Below, piece after piece: positions 9,601-20,000 of a DNA stretch of 20,000 nucleotides. Below the pieces are notes generated by a model that was not told the origin of the DNA, did not search any database, and saw only the letters and a program-made list of their open reading frames with translations. The position numbers were made by a program, and so were the translations under genes. Each line of letters begins with the position of its first letter. Positions within the stretch are counted from its first letter, which is position 1. The stretch is from Moniliella sp. 'wahieum' (lineage: Eukaryota). The stretch is taken from positions 46,318 to 66,317 of the forward strand of contig RSEE01000167.1 of assembly GCA_003971905.1 (NCBI GenBank), read 5' to 3'.

Positions 9601-9843
9601 GATTCCACAAGCTTGAGGGTTTTTTTGTGGTTTCGGGTGTCCCTCTCAACTCTCGCAACAACAGTATCTATCCCCTTTTGAATATACCGGCGGTATAGTA
9701 CCGTTTTGTTGTGCCACGTTGTGTCTCTCTTTCCTCCCGCTTCCCGTCGTTACTGGTTACCGGTTGACATCCTTCTCGAGCGGCTGCTCGTCACATAACC
9801 GGCATGGGTCACACTTATTGCTGTATTGCCTGCTCGGCCGCAC

Positions 9844-9899
9844 CTCGATCCTGGATGCTGGATGCTGGATGTTAAATTCTGAATACTGGATGCTGGATC
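9844..9899. repeat. Heptamer-period array (CTGGATG) in the 3' flank of the transporter
   Basis: ctcgatc ctggatg ctggatg ctggatg ttaaatt ctgaata ctggatg ctggatc. Confidence 0.85.
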
Positions 9900-10947
9900 C
9901 TGCGTGATCTGCCGCTCCATCAGTGCTTAGTGGCACTGCAGGTCGGCCGTTTCCAACTCTCGTCCAACTGGATGGAAAACATTATGTGCGGCACGAGTGG
10001 TTTGGGACCACGCGGAAAAGACAGTGGATACTAGTAGTCCCCTTTGGGTCGGCACGCCGAACCAGTAGTCGCTAGACCGCAGACGATCAGCGAGTATGTA
10101 ATCAAGTCCGAGGCGAGTGACAAGAAGGGGAAGGCGGAAGGGGGAAGGAGGTGATGGCGAACGAGGACAGAACACGCCGGCAACTTTCGCATCTAGCTTC
10201 AAATCTACCAATCAGGCATGGCACCGGTGGGCGAAGTGGCAACAACCTAGTGAGTAGGTCCAAGAGGAGCTCACGGAGCGGCACCTGCATGGAAATGGTG
10301 CGAGCGGGCGACCCAATTGCCAACTCTCGGATCCATCCGTACTCTCCTTTCAGATGGACGAAGCGAGCAGCCTAGCTCGCATGTGCAGTAGACAGAACGA
10401 ATGACCCAGGCGAATGGGAGTTAATTCATGTCTCACCAGGGCTGGTACTACATCCTTCCCGATCGATGGCTATTATCCTCTTGCCTTTCTCTCCCCATCG
10501 ACCTTCCATCTGCCTGCCGCAGATCTATCCGCATCGAACGCATGGAACACATCGGGCTATGTAGCACGACCAACGTAGCCTGGCTCGGGACAGAGAAGTG
10601 GGGCGGGGCACAGCCAGGTAAATGGTAAATACAAGAATGTGCAAGATCGGCGGGCCCAAAGATCGCGGGACGCCCGCTGGTCGCAACGGGAAAAAGGCGC
10701 AGCAATTCAAGCACGGTAACGAACGGGAAGTAAAAAAAAAGGTACAGACGCCATGGCTCTGGTGGGCCCAACCACCAAACAAACACACACACCACAACCA
10801 CATACACTTCCAACGTACAAGCGTACAAGGTAGCAAGCGTAGCAAGCGTATTAAGAGAAATAGTGGGGTGGGGGCCGCCATGACCAGAGCGCACGAATGA
10901 AAATAGTGAAGAGACCCAAATGGGATAGATGGGATCAAGAATGGTCG

Positions 10948-11003
10948 CAAGTCGCAAGTGGCAAGTGACAAGTGGGAAGTGGGAAGTAAGAAGTGGGAAG
11001 TGG
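10948..11003. repeat. Heptamer-period array (SAAGTGG, 8 units) in the 3' flank of the long minus-strand gene
   Basis: caagtcg caagtgg caagtga caagtgg gaagtgg gaagtaa gaagtgg gaagtgg. Confidence 0.9.
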
Positions 11004-11115
11004 GCAACCGGAAAGCAGGAGCGATGGGTGGTCCAAAGAGCGAGAGAAGAGGAGAGGTAGAAATCGAGTTGGACAAACGCGTGACATGCGTCGTTCGTCG
11101 TTCGTCGGTCCCAGT

Positions 11116-14100
11116 TCACACGGAAGGAATGTAAGGCAACGAAGCACGGCGCACTTGCCGTTCGGCACGGCGTCGTGCAGTCAACGCCAATGCCGCAGCG
11201 TTGGGGTTGGGGTTGGGGTTGGCGTTGGAATTAGCGTCGGTGGGCCCAGCGACGGAATCGAGTGGTGGCACGGCCGAACCGAGTGGAGCAGCGCGAAACA
11301 GGTGGGGATCCCGTTACCGTCTTGCATTCGTTACCGTTGGCTGAAGATGCGACGGCAAGAGAAGGTGGGGTGGGGGAGACTTAGACGGTTCGTTATCGCG
11401 CAGGGCGCGCCAGGCCGACGGAGGCGCCGATACACGTGTTCCAGCCGACAAAGATGAAGCGCACGGGACAATGCTGTTGATGGGGGAGAGTTTTCCGCCT
11501 GAGGGGGCACGAGCGCTACGGGGGAAGCGCTCGAGAGGGAAGCTAAGGACCCAATTGACGCATGGCCCGTCAAGGGCCCCGATGGCGCACGCATCGAAGG
11601 CGTCGGCGTTGTAGCTGGCGTGGTGGAGAAGGTGGTAGAGAGGGTGTCGATACCGCGTCAGACTCGCTCATCACGGCTGGCGTAGGCGAAAGCGCGGCAA
11701 GCGTGTGTGTTGAAACTGGCCCCCGCGGGTGCCGGGGGCCTCCACCGAGCGCAGCGGCCGGGGGCAGCGACAGGCTCAGACGGTGGCGGCGGCATTGTGG
11801 GTGAGCAAGCTGTGGGTCAAGGCGTGCTGGAGCGGCGCGGTGTCTGGACGAGCGTGAGGGGCAGCAAGCCGCCATGGGCGCTGCCAGCAGACGAGACACT
11901 GCCGCGGTCGCGATCGCCCAGCCCACCGGGGGCGTGGCGTGCGTGCGCGTGGCGGGAGCAACGATGCGCGTCGCGCCGCTGTGCTTGCGTGGCACTTGCA
12001 CTTGCACTCGCGCCCGCACTTGGGAAAACGCCGTCGCTGCCGTCTTGTCGCCGAGCAGTGTGCGTCCCGTGGCGGGGTGCGAGGGCGGTGGACCACGGCG
12101 GTGGGCGGCGCGGCGGCAGGCGTGGGTGGAGGGAGTACCGTTTGCCCAACGGCCCCGGCGCGGGCGAGGGATCGGTGGCGAAGCTGGTGCCGAGGTCGGA
12201 CTGGTACCCGCCGTTGCGCGCGGCGCCGCCGGCGTCCGATGTGCCCGATGCGCCCGAGGCAGCCGACTCGGGCTCGGTGGAGCGGTGGTAGCGCAGTGCG
12301 GCCAGGCCCGATCCGAGGGCGGGTGTGGCCGCCCCTCACGCGCATGCCGTTGCTGGAACCGTACGCCCCCGTCCCGTACCACTCGGCATGCGCGACGCCA
12401 GCGTGTCCACCTCGTCTCGGTGCTGGATGCGCGCGACGCGGACCGTGACGGCGGCATCGACGCCCTCGACGCGCGGCCTGTCGCCCCCGCCATGCCCCAC
12501 GCGGGCGTCGGCGACCGCACCCGGCCACCGGACAGGGACGGGATAGCATCGCGTCGAGCGAGCGGCTGGTCCAGCGCTGACTGCGCTTGGCGCCGACGCG
12601 TTTCGGCTTCGGCGCCGGACCACTCCCGCCGTGGCCGGCGTGGTAGACAGTGGCGACGGGTCCCGAGGGCAGCAGCGGACGACGCGCGGCCGGAGACTGA
12701 AGCGCCAGTTGCCGGGCTGGTCGCGCGCGAGGAAAGTGTGAGCGGGAGGAGCATAGGTCGTCGACGGGCCAACTCGGTTGCCGGCCGCTGCGCCACGGAC
12801 GCTTGTGGTGGCTCGATAGCCCGCACCGGCTCGAGCTCGACCAGTGGCGTCGCGTTCGTCGTTTCGTCCGTCGAGTCCACCAGCTGCAAGCGCCTTGCGC
12901 CCGAAGCGTGTCCTGCTGTGCGTCGGCCAAGAGCGACGCCGTCGCCTCGCTCGACGCACGCGCATGGCCATGGAGAGACGTGGTTCGGGGCGTGGCAGGC
13001 GCACCGAGCGAGCGGGCTCAGTGTCAAGGGCGACCCGACGACCGACGACGTTTCCACCACCGCTGGCATCGCGTCGTTTCCCCCAGCCGCAACCAGACCC
13101 AAGCGGCAACGATCCGCGCCGCTGCGTGCTGCTCGTCCTGAGCTCGCGCGTCGTGTCCGAGTGGAAGGGCGAGCGGCGGTGGTGCGATGCGCGCGGCGGC
13201 GCGGCGAGCGCAGTGGCGCCCACCGCGGTGTGAGCGACGGCGAGAAAACGCGAGAGACTCTCGGCCGAGTAGAAGGGGGAGGGGGAGCCGAGTCGAGCCG
13301 AGCTGGGCGCCGCCGAGTCGTCGTCGTCGGACCACGCAGTGGTCGATGCTGGCCGACTGAGCAGGCGCGTCGGGTCGCTCAGCGCCGTCACGCTGACAAG
13401 ACGCCCGTGGAGCGCGAGTGGGTGGGCAACGTGTACAGGCCCCTTTCGGGCGGCACCATCGTCGTCTCCGTCTCTTCGGGCTGCTGCTCATGGCGGCGTC
13501 GAGCGCAGGCCCGTTGCGCAGCTGCTGCCATCGACGGCCCGCTGGCCCGGCCTACCCTCCAGGGCAACCATACCTTCCATCGCGTCGGTCATCGACAAGA
13601 CGCGGGAATGGGCAGCAAGGAGCCCGTGACCGAGTCGGCAATCATCTCCCACTGTTGGACAACGTGTCCCAGCGGAACGCACCGGCGGCGTACGAGCCGA
13701 TCGATCCGGACGGGCTGGGGGGCACACCCGTTGAGCCTGTGCCGAGGCCAAGGGGGTGGACGAACGGGAAGCCAGTCGTGTGCACTGACCAAGCGTGCAT
13801 CCCCATCTGCGTCTCTGTCCCCGTTTGCTTCTGCCTCGGCGTCCACTTCGGCGTCCGCGTCCGCATCAGGATCGGGATCGGTCAACGCCATTTCCCAATC
13901 GGTCGAGCCGGAGATGAAGGAGGAACGTTGGAAGAGAGGGCGCCTGGTGTGGTGGGACCCAGTTCGCCTGCGGTCGACGAGCGGGAGAGGCAAGGGTCGC
14001 CGTGCTGCCCGTCACGAAGGACGAGGGAAGGGAGGACCGGTGGTGGCGAGAGGAGGCGGGCGGAGGAGCTTCCGCTGGAGGCCAGCGCGGCCGCGGCAAG

Positions 14101-17100
14101 TGCCTCGGCAGGGTAAAAGAACGAGTCGCGGTTGCGCGAGGCGGTGTGGCGGCTGCGTGTCGATGGCGCCGGCGACGGCGCCAAGTCCACCTCGGAGTTG
14201 CCGGCCGAGTTGAGGATTTCTCGTCGAACGAGGCGAAGGACGTGGAGCGCGGGGCGAACGGAGCGGCGTGCGGCGCGGTCAGAGCCAAGGCCGGCTGCGC
14301 GGACGCGCTTGTGTCCCGGTTCCAGACACACTACGGCGCGAGTCGGACGAAGTGCGGTCGTGCGACGACGAGATGGCCGATAAGGGATCGTGGCTCGTCC
14401 GCATCCGCAACGCATACGACCAGGCCGACGACGACCCGTCCGACGCTTGGCTGCCCGGACGCGCCAGTGCGGCCGACGCCAGACTCGACGCCAAACTGGA
14501 CCGCCGGTCTTTCAAAGACACCCTCCAGCAACCGAAGCGCCGCTGGCGTCAGCTCTTCCACTTGGTCCGTCCGCTCGCCCACGCTCCCTCGGGTCGGGGA
14601 GGAACGAGGACTGTGGCCATGGCGAGACGAGCTGGCGGGGTCCGTCAAGCTGGCCACCTCGCTCGCAATGCTGCCGCGACAACAGCGGCGCGCGCCGAGC
14701 CAATGGACGCCCGCGTGCTCCTGGGCCGATCGGCGGCGCTGGCCTGCTCCCCAGAGGGGTGGAGCGGGAGCCAAAGCGGGAGCCAAAGCGGGACCAAAGC
14801 GGGAGCCAAAGCGGGCGCCGAGAGAGGAACCGAGCCAGAAGCCGAGCTGGCGCCGCCGGCGTCTCGAGCGAGTTGGCACGCTGGCTGGCGTGGTGATGGT
14901 AGACTTGCGCGGGCGCGGGGCCAAGCCTTGCAGCGTATCGGGCGGCGGGACGAGGAGGTGGCATTGGTGATTTGGTGATGCTCGCGGGCCCGAGGGGGCG
15001 GGAAGAGGAAGAGGCGTCGGCAAGGGCAGCGGGGTGGCGGTGGGGAATGTCGAGAGAGTGAGCTCGGACGGGACGGTGGCGGTGGCGGTGGCGGTGATGG
15101 TGGCGGTACGGGGCCCCGGACGACGGCACGGCGCTCAATGGTGTCCCGGGCATAGCGGCGGGGACTCGGACAGGACGACGTCCACTGCCCGGGGCCATGC
15201 CCAGCGCCGTGGCACCGTCGGCGAGTCGGCTGGGCCGGGCTGAGGCGGGGTGGCCACCACGCCGCTGATGACCGACAAGTGCCCGCGGCGCCTTCTTGAC
15301 GATGCGGGGGGAGCCCTGGCCACGAGATGGGCGAGAGATGCGGGGCGGCGAGCGGCGCACGGCCACAGCCGCTCCCCTCGCTCCTGCCCTGAGGAAGACA
15401 GTCGGACGAAAACTACCGGCTCGCTCACTTCCGATGCGACTGATGCGCCCCGGCCCGAGCGCACAGACGCCGACGTGGCCGCCGCTTGCGACGTGGCCGA
15501 AGTACTGCCGAGGGTACTGCCGAGGGTACTGCCGAGGCGCAAGGTGGGACTGCTGGGACCCCATCGACACTGACGCCGACGCCGAGCCGATGCCGATGCC
15601 GACGGACGACGCGTGGCCCGAGGCGGAAGAGACAGCTACCGGTGTCGCTGACGGGCGTGACCCTCGACGAGAACCAACGAGCGAAGCGACTTTGGACACG
15701 CGACCCTGGCCGGGACCACGTCGCGCTATGCTCCTCGCCTTCGCCTGAAGGTACCATCGCCATCGCTGTCGCCGTTGCTGTCCCTGTCCCTGTCGCGTTG
15801 CCGTCGGACAGGGTGGACGCCCTAACGCGACCCCGCACGCGTGCCCGTAGCTGAGCCCGGCCGGCGAAGCAGGTCCAAGATGCCGGCCGAGTAGGACCGA
15901 CGGCGTCCGACCTGCCGTCCAGCCGACGGCTCGGTCGCCCCTGCGCGCCCAGCAACAGATCCAGATCCAGATCCAGATCCAGGGCAGAGACACATCCGAT
16001 CCAGCGGACGGACTGGGGACTTAGACTTCATTTTAGCTGCTGCTGCTGCTGCCGCAGCCGAGGACGAAGGAGGAGGGACCTTGGTCCGCAGTTTGCGCAG
16101 CGCACCAAACGTGGGCAACCGCACGGGCGTCGTGTCTGAGTCGCAGTCTTGGGATCAACATGCTTTTCATGCTTGTCCTCCCAGCCCCATCCTGAGGCCG
16201 AATTCGATGTCGTGCTGCGCTGGTGCGGGTCAGAGCGGATACCCAACGCCGAGGCTGGGCGCGGACGCAGGCCCAAGCCCAACCGCGATCGCGACCGAGG
16301 CGCAGGCGCAGGCAAGCGGGTGTGGGTGTCTGTGCCCGTGCAGGTGTTGGTGTTGGGGCGGGACCAGCTGAAGCTGGTCTGCACAGCTAGTGAGGAGAGA
16401 CTGTTTCCAAGAACCTGTGGGGCCGCAAAATGCACCAAAGGCGTGTCCGTGCACCGATGCGCCACCCACCACGTCCGTCAAGGCGTCCGAGCCGGCCCCA
16501 AGCGAAGAGGTATCTTCAAATACCGATACCAGCGCCGGTCCATCCGCCGCGTCGGGTCGAGTGCCGCATAGCGCTCAGCATCCCCAGCCCCATCTGCACC
16601 TGCATCTGCATTGGCACGACCCGCCTCGGCATGTTCATGTGCATCTCCATGGGCATGGGCATCTGATCCCCCGGGCAATGAAGCGATTCGCACGACAGCG
16701 GCAGGCCCGCCCGGTACGCCGCCAGCACTCGTGCGGCCGCGGTGGGCTGGCCCGAAGCACCACCACCAGTAGCAGCACCAGTAGCAGCAGTGGTACCCCT
16801 CCAGCAGCAGGAGGGAGCGCATCGGACTCCGCCAGGTCCTCAACCCAATCGTCCTCGCTGCGTCCGGAGGCGGAGGAGCCTGGTCCGGGGGGCGCGCTAG
16901 CCCGGCGCGGGCACAAGGTGTACCTGAGGTTGCTGTTTCTGTTCGAGGGAGAGGAGAGAACGCGTGTCGACGAGTTGGCCCCATACGGCGTGTCGATGAC
17001 CACATACCCGTTATCTGGATCCCAGCGGTTACGAGCACCAGCGTCCGCGTTGCAAAGACCAAGCGCGAGTCGGGTCCGTCGTGCCCGGCTGACTTGGGGT

Positions 17101-19726
17101 AGCGCGATAATAGGTGCAGTTTCGCCCCGAGCTCTACTACGCGCGCACTGGCCCCGTGCAACCGCGGGTTGACGTTCGTGTGCATCGGACCCCAGCCTGC
17201 AGCTGAGGCTGGGCGCGAAGGGACGCCGGTGCCCCCAAACCCAAGTCCAGACCCAAGTCCAAGTCCAGGCCCAGGACAGACCCAGGGACAGACCCAGGCA
17301 CCGCCGCACGCACGCCCGGCGCGGACCCTGGGCGTCGACTTGTCGTGCGCGGGACGAGGGAGACGGAGGACTGACGGACCCGACTGGGGGGAGGGTACCC
17401 GCCAAACTAGCCACTGACATCTGCGCCGGACCACCGGCCCAGCTCGCGCCCTGAGCCCCAGCCGAGAAGGAATGTGGTACTCGTTGCTAGCGAGAAGTGA
17501 GCGCTGTTCCGCGGAGGTCAGACGCGTGTGGCTCGACTTGGGGTGCAGGTGTGGCGCGGTAGAGGCAGGGGCAGTAGGGGCAGTCGCGCGCCATACCGCT
17601 CACGCCCATGGTCATGCTCATGCTCGATGTGGGCACAGCAGAGGGCGACGATACGCTCGGCAAGGCTACTGCTGACCCTGATGCTGATACTGATGCTAAT
17701 GCTGATGCTGATGCTGACGCGTGCGGGTGAGGGTGAGGGGGGACGTGGCTCGAAAGCGAAAGCGAAAGTGACGGGGCAGAATCGGTCATGGGCGTAGCAA
17801 GCGCTTTCGCTGGACCAGTCTGTTTGCGCACCGGTCCACTGGTCGTAGATGGCGGTAGGCGCGGCGCGCGCGGCGGCGGCGGCGCAATCACAAAGATACT
17901 TTGGTGGTGTTGGTCGGACGCCATACCGCGCGGGATGGAGGGGTGAGAGACCAGCTATCTTCCTCTCCCGTAGGATGGTGATGGTGAGTGTGAGTGTGAG
18001 TCTGCGTGAGTGTGGGCGGACGCGTGCTGGGCGATGGAGGATGAATAAGGAGCGTGGTGGGTGGTGGATTCGGTGCCGGTCATGCTTTCTGCATCGGCGT
18101 CCAACCCACTCGGCTCGGCTTGCGACGAGCTGTCCAGCTCGTCGACCAGGAGCGAGGACGAGGGGGAGTGGGACGAGGCGTGGGTGAGGAAGAGTGGGTG
18201 GACGGGACGAGGCGGGCCGACGCAGCTCTCGTTCGCTCGGCCCGTGTTGGCGGCGACAGCGGGTCGGACGGGGGCGCCGCGCCCGAAGCCGTCGCGTCCA
18301 CTGCGGGACGGCCGAGCTGGGTCGACTTGAGAGACGACTGTGGAGTGCACCGTCGAAGCTACGAGTAAAGAACAAACAAAAACAAAAAACGGGTCAGCAG
18401 GCACACGGGAACCAAGCACGAGCATTGTGGGATCAGGACGACGGACACTGTGGAGACTGGGGGGAGGTGAGTCCTTGATGTCTGACGGGGCCGAGCGCGA
18501 CGGCGATCGGCGAGCCAGGGCGGCTGCGACCACCACCTTCCACCGTGGCCGAGTAAGAGTAGCTGTGCTGGCTGCGGAGCGCGCGCAGGGACGGGTGGGA
18601 CGTCTTTGTGGGCACGTTGGTCGTGACGGCCTTGTGGGCGGTGGGACGGGCGAGCGGCGGGCTGGGCTGGCGCGCAGTTTGGGCCGCCTTGCTCTTCTGG
18701 ACACTCTGGGCCTTGAGCTTGGCCTGGGCCACGGCTGCCGCCTGGGCGGGGTCGGCCGGCGCGCTGAACGGCACAGAGCCCGTCTTGGTGTTGGACTGGG
18801 CCGATGCGTGCGACAGGTGCTTGTCCGGCGCCGCGTCGGCAACGTCAACGTCGACGTCGATGGAGGAGGGGCTGACGGGGACGAGGACGGAGGAGCGGGA
18901 GGAGAGAGCGGCGTTGCGGCCGTGCCAGTCCTCGACGACCTTGAGGCTGCGGCGGACAGAGCCGGTGGGGTGGTGCGACGGCGGCTTGTGCGCGGGGGAC
19001 GACTTGGACTTGCTCGAGCGCGACGAGTCGGGGCGGGAGCGGGGGCGGCGGGGGCGCGGCGGAGGCTGGTCGGACGCAGGCGGTGGGCGCGGCGGGAGGT
19101 GCTGCTGCGGGTGGTGGAGCGGGCGGAGGGGTGGCGGTGGCCGCGGGTGCTGTGGTGGGGGTGGGGTCGAGGGGGGAGGAAGGAGCGTGCTGGTGGTGGT
19201 GGGGTGGTGGTGGTGGTGGTGGTGTGGTGGGAGCGGCGCGAGTGGGCGTGGGAGTGGGATTTGGAAGGGGACGGCGAGTGGGACGCGACGGCGGGGGCCA
19301 GCAGCGGGCCGATCTGGGCCTGGTAGACGGCGTGCTGCGGGTGGGCGGGGTTGCTCATGGCGACAATCGCATCGAACACATCGCCGCCCTGCACGTACAC
19401 CACCTTGGGCGCTTGCTGGGCGCCTTGGACGGCGTGGGCGCCGTGCCGTCGCGCTTGCCCGCCGCGGACGCCATCGGCCAGAAAGAGTTCGCGAGCAGAT
19501 GGCGGAGGAGCACCAAGAAGCACCGCCGCTGCCTCGTCTCCTGCCCGCCGCCGCCCGCACTGCCCCCGTGCCCCCCCGCCCGCCGCCGCCGCCCCCCGCA
19601 CCGCGCCACTGCTCGCTCGGCGCGCGCCACGGCCACCGGCACTGCGCCATCTCTCCCCCGCCCCCGCTGTGGCGCCCAGGTCCCTTTCACCCGCACACTG
19701 CCCCCCCTGCTGCCTCCGCTCGGCAT
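11116..19726 (-). CDS. Very large Ser/Pro/Arg/Ala-rich, probably intrinsically disordered hypothetical protein (frameshifted; could be more than one gene)
   Basis: Overlapping minus-strand frames chain into plausible fungal protein text with no obvious gap: APKVVYVQGGDVFDAIVAMSNP, SVRRSLKVVEDWHGRN, LLVDELDSSSQAEPSG, RWDPDNGYVVIDTPYG, SEDDWVEDLAESD, LPTFGALRKLRTK, SLKDRRSSLASSLAS, RSTSFASFDEKSS, LFQRSSFISGSTDWEMAL, TAWSDDDDSAAP, LVDSTDETTNATPLVELEP, RRAERQVRRASLPYIPSV-TGA (11116). Many in-frame hexamer repeats and one clear intron at 18359-18446. Start ATG 19726 and the stop are tentative; an in-frame TAA also occurs at ~11313. Confidence 0.6.
15956..15982 (-). repeat. (CAGATC)4.5 hexamer repeat, probably GS dipeptides on the minus strand
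   Basis: cagatccagatccagatccagatccag. Confidence 0.85.
18359..18446 (-). other. Intron in the long minus-strand gene
   Basis: On the minus strand: GTCCGT donor, GCTGAC branch site, T-rich tract, TAG acceptor; 88 nt. It joins the 18433-19650 frame (TSPQSPQ) to the 17955 frame (S-STVHSTVV) and removes a stop. Confidence 0.8.
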
Positions 19727-19897
19727 GTCACCCCTTGCCCTGTCCCCTGTCAGATCACCTGTTCTCTCACTAGTCACTTGCCCCAGTCACACTCACCCTC
19801 ACACGCCCTCCCTAGACACACCTGCTTCTCCAACCCCCATCCGCCGCCACGACCCACCCACCACCAGCGCTTCGTCTCCAACTCCGTTTGCCTTTGG

Positions 19898-20000
19898 TAT
19901 AAACCCCATTACACAGCGTGGTATTATTTATTGCCCTGTCCCGCCCAATGCGACGACAATGTACGACGTGGCCCGTGCCCCGTTTCTTGGTCCAGCAGCC
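19898..20000 (+). promoter_or_regulatory. Possible TATA box and start of a divergent gene running off the window
   Basis: TATAAA at 19898-19903; acaATG at 19959 stays open to the window end (MYDVARAPFLGPAA). Too short to confirm. Confidence 0.2.

Noticed and set aside
11201..11228. (TTGGGG)3 resembling a ciliate telomeric repeat or G-quadruplex
   Set aside because: Only three units, internal, and in frame as Asn-Pro repeats of the minus-strand gene.
11874..14970. Long plus-strand ORFs (779 aa, 322 aa and others)
   Set aside because: Arg/Gly/Ala-rich antisense shadows in very GC-rich DNA. The minus strand gives the coherent Ser/Pro-rich protein and has a supported intron.
16635..16800. Apparent TM helix VPLLLLVLLLVVVL in a minus-strand ORF
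   Set aside because: It arises from a GCT/ACT/GGT triplet-type repeat whose frame is uncertain given the frameshifts; another frame reads as Ala/Thr/Gly.

Overview
GC-rich eukaryotic DNA, most likely a basidiomycete fungus (short GT..AG introns with GTRCGT/GTAGGT-type donors, fungal-type proteins, abundant simple repeats). It carries dense small deletions that break every gene into several frames, the pattern of an unpolished long-read consensus, so gene ends are approximate. Genes: (1) 3' half of a Dnf1/Dnf2-type P4-ATPase lipid flippase (+, 1 to ~2684, one intron); (2) a divergent SABATH/Methyltransf_7-like SAM-dependent methyltransferase homologue with large low-complexity insertions (+, ~3939-6214); (3) an MFS sugar-porter transporter (+, ~7375-9600, three introns); (4) a very long Ser/Pro/Arg/Ala-rich coding region with no domain I recognise (-, ~19726 to ~11116, at least one intron). 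The most interesting items are the SABATH-like protein and its His-rich insert, AGTCACT/GTCAC arrays in 5' flanks, 7-bp periodic repeats confined to non-coding flanks, and two coding-like intergenic stretches. I see no RNA genes, CRISPR arrays or recognisable mobile elements.
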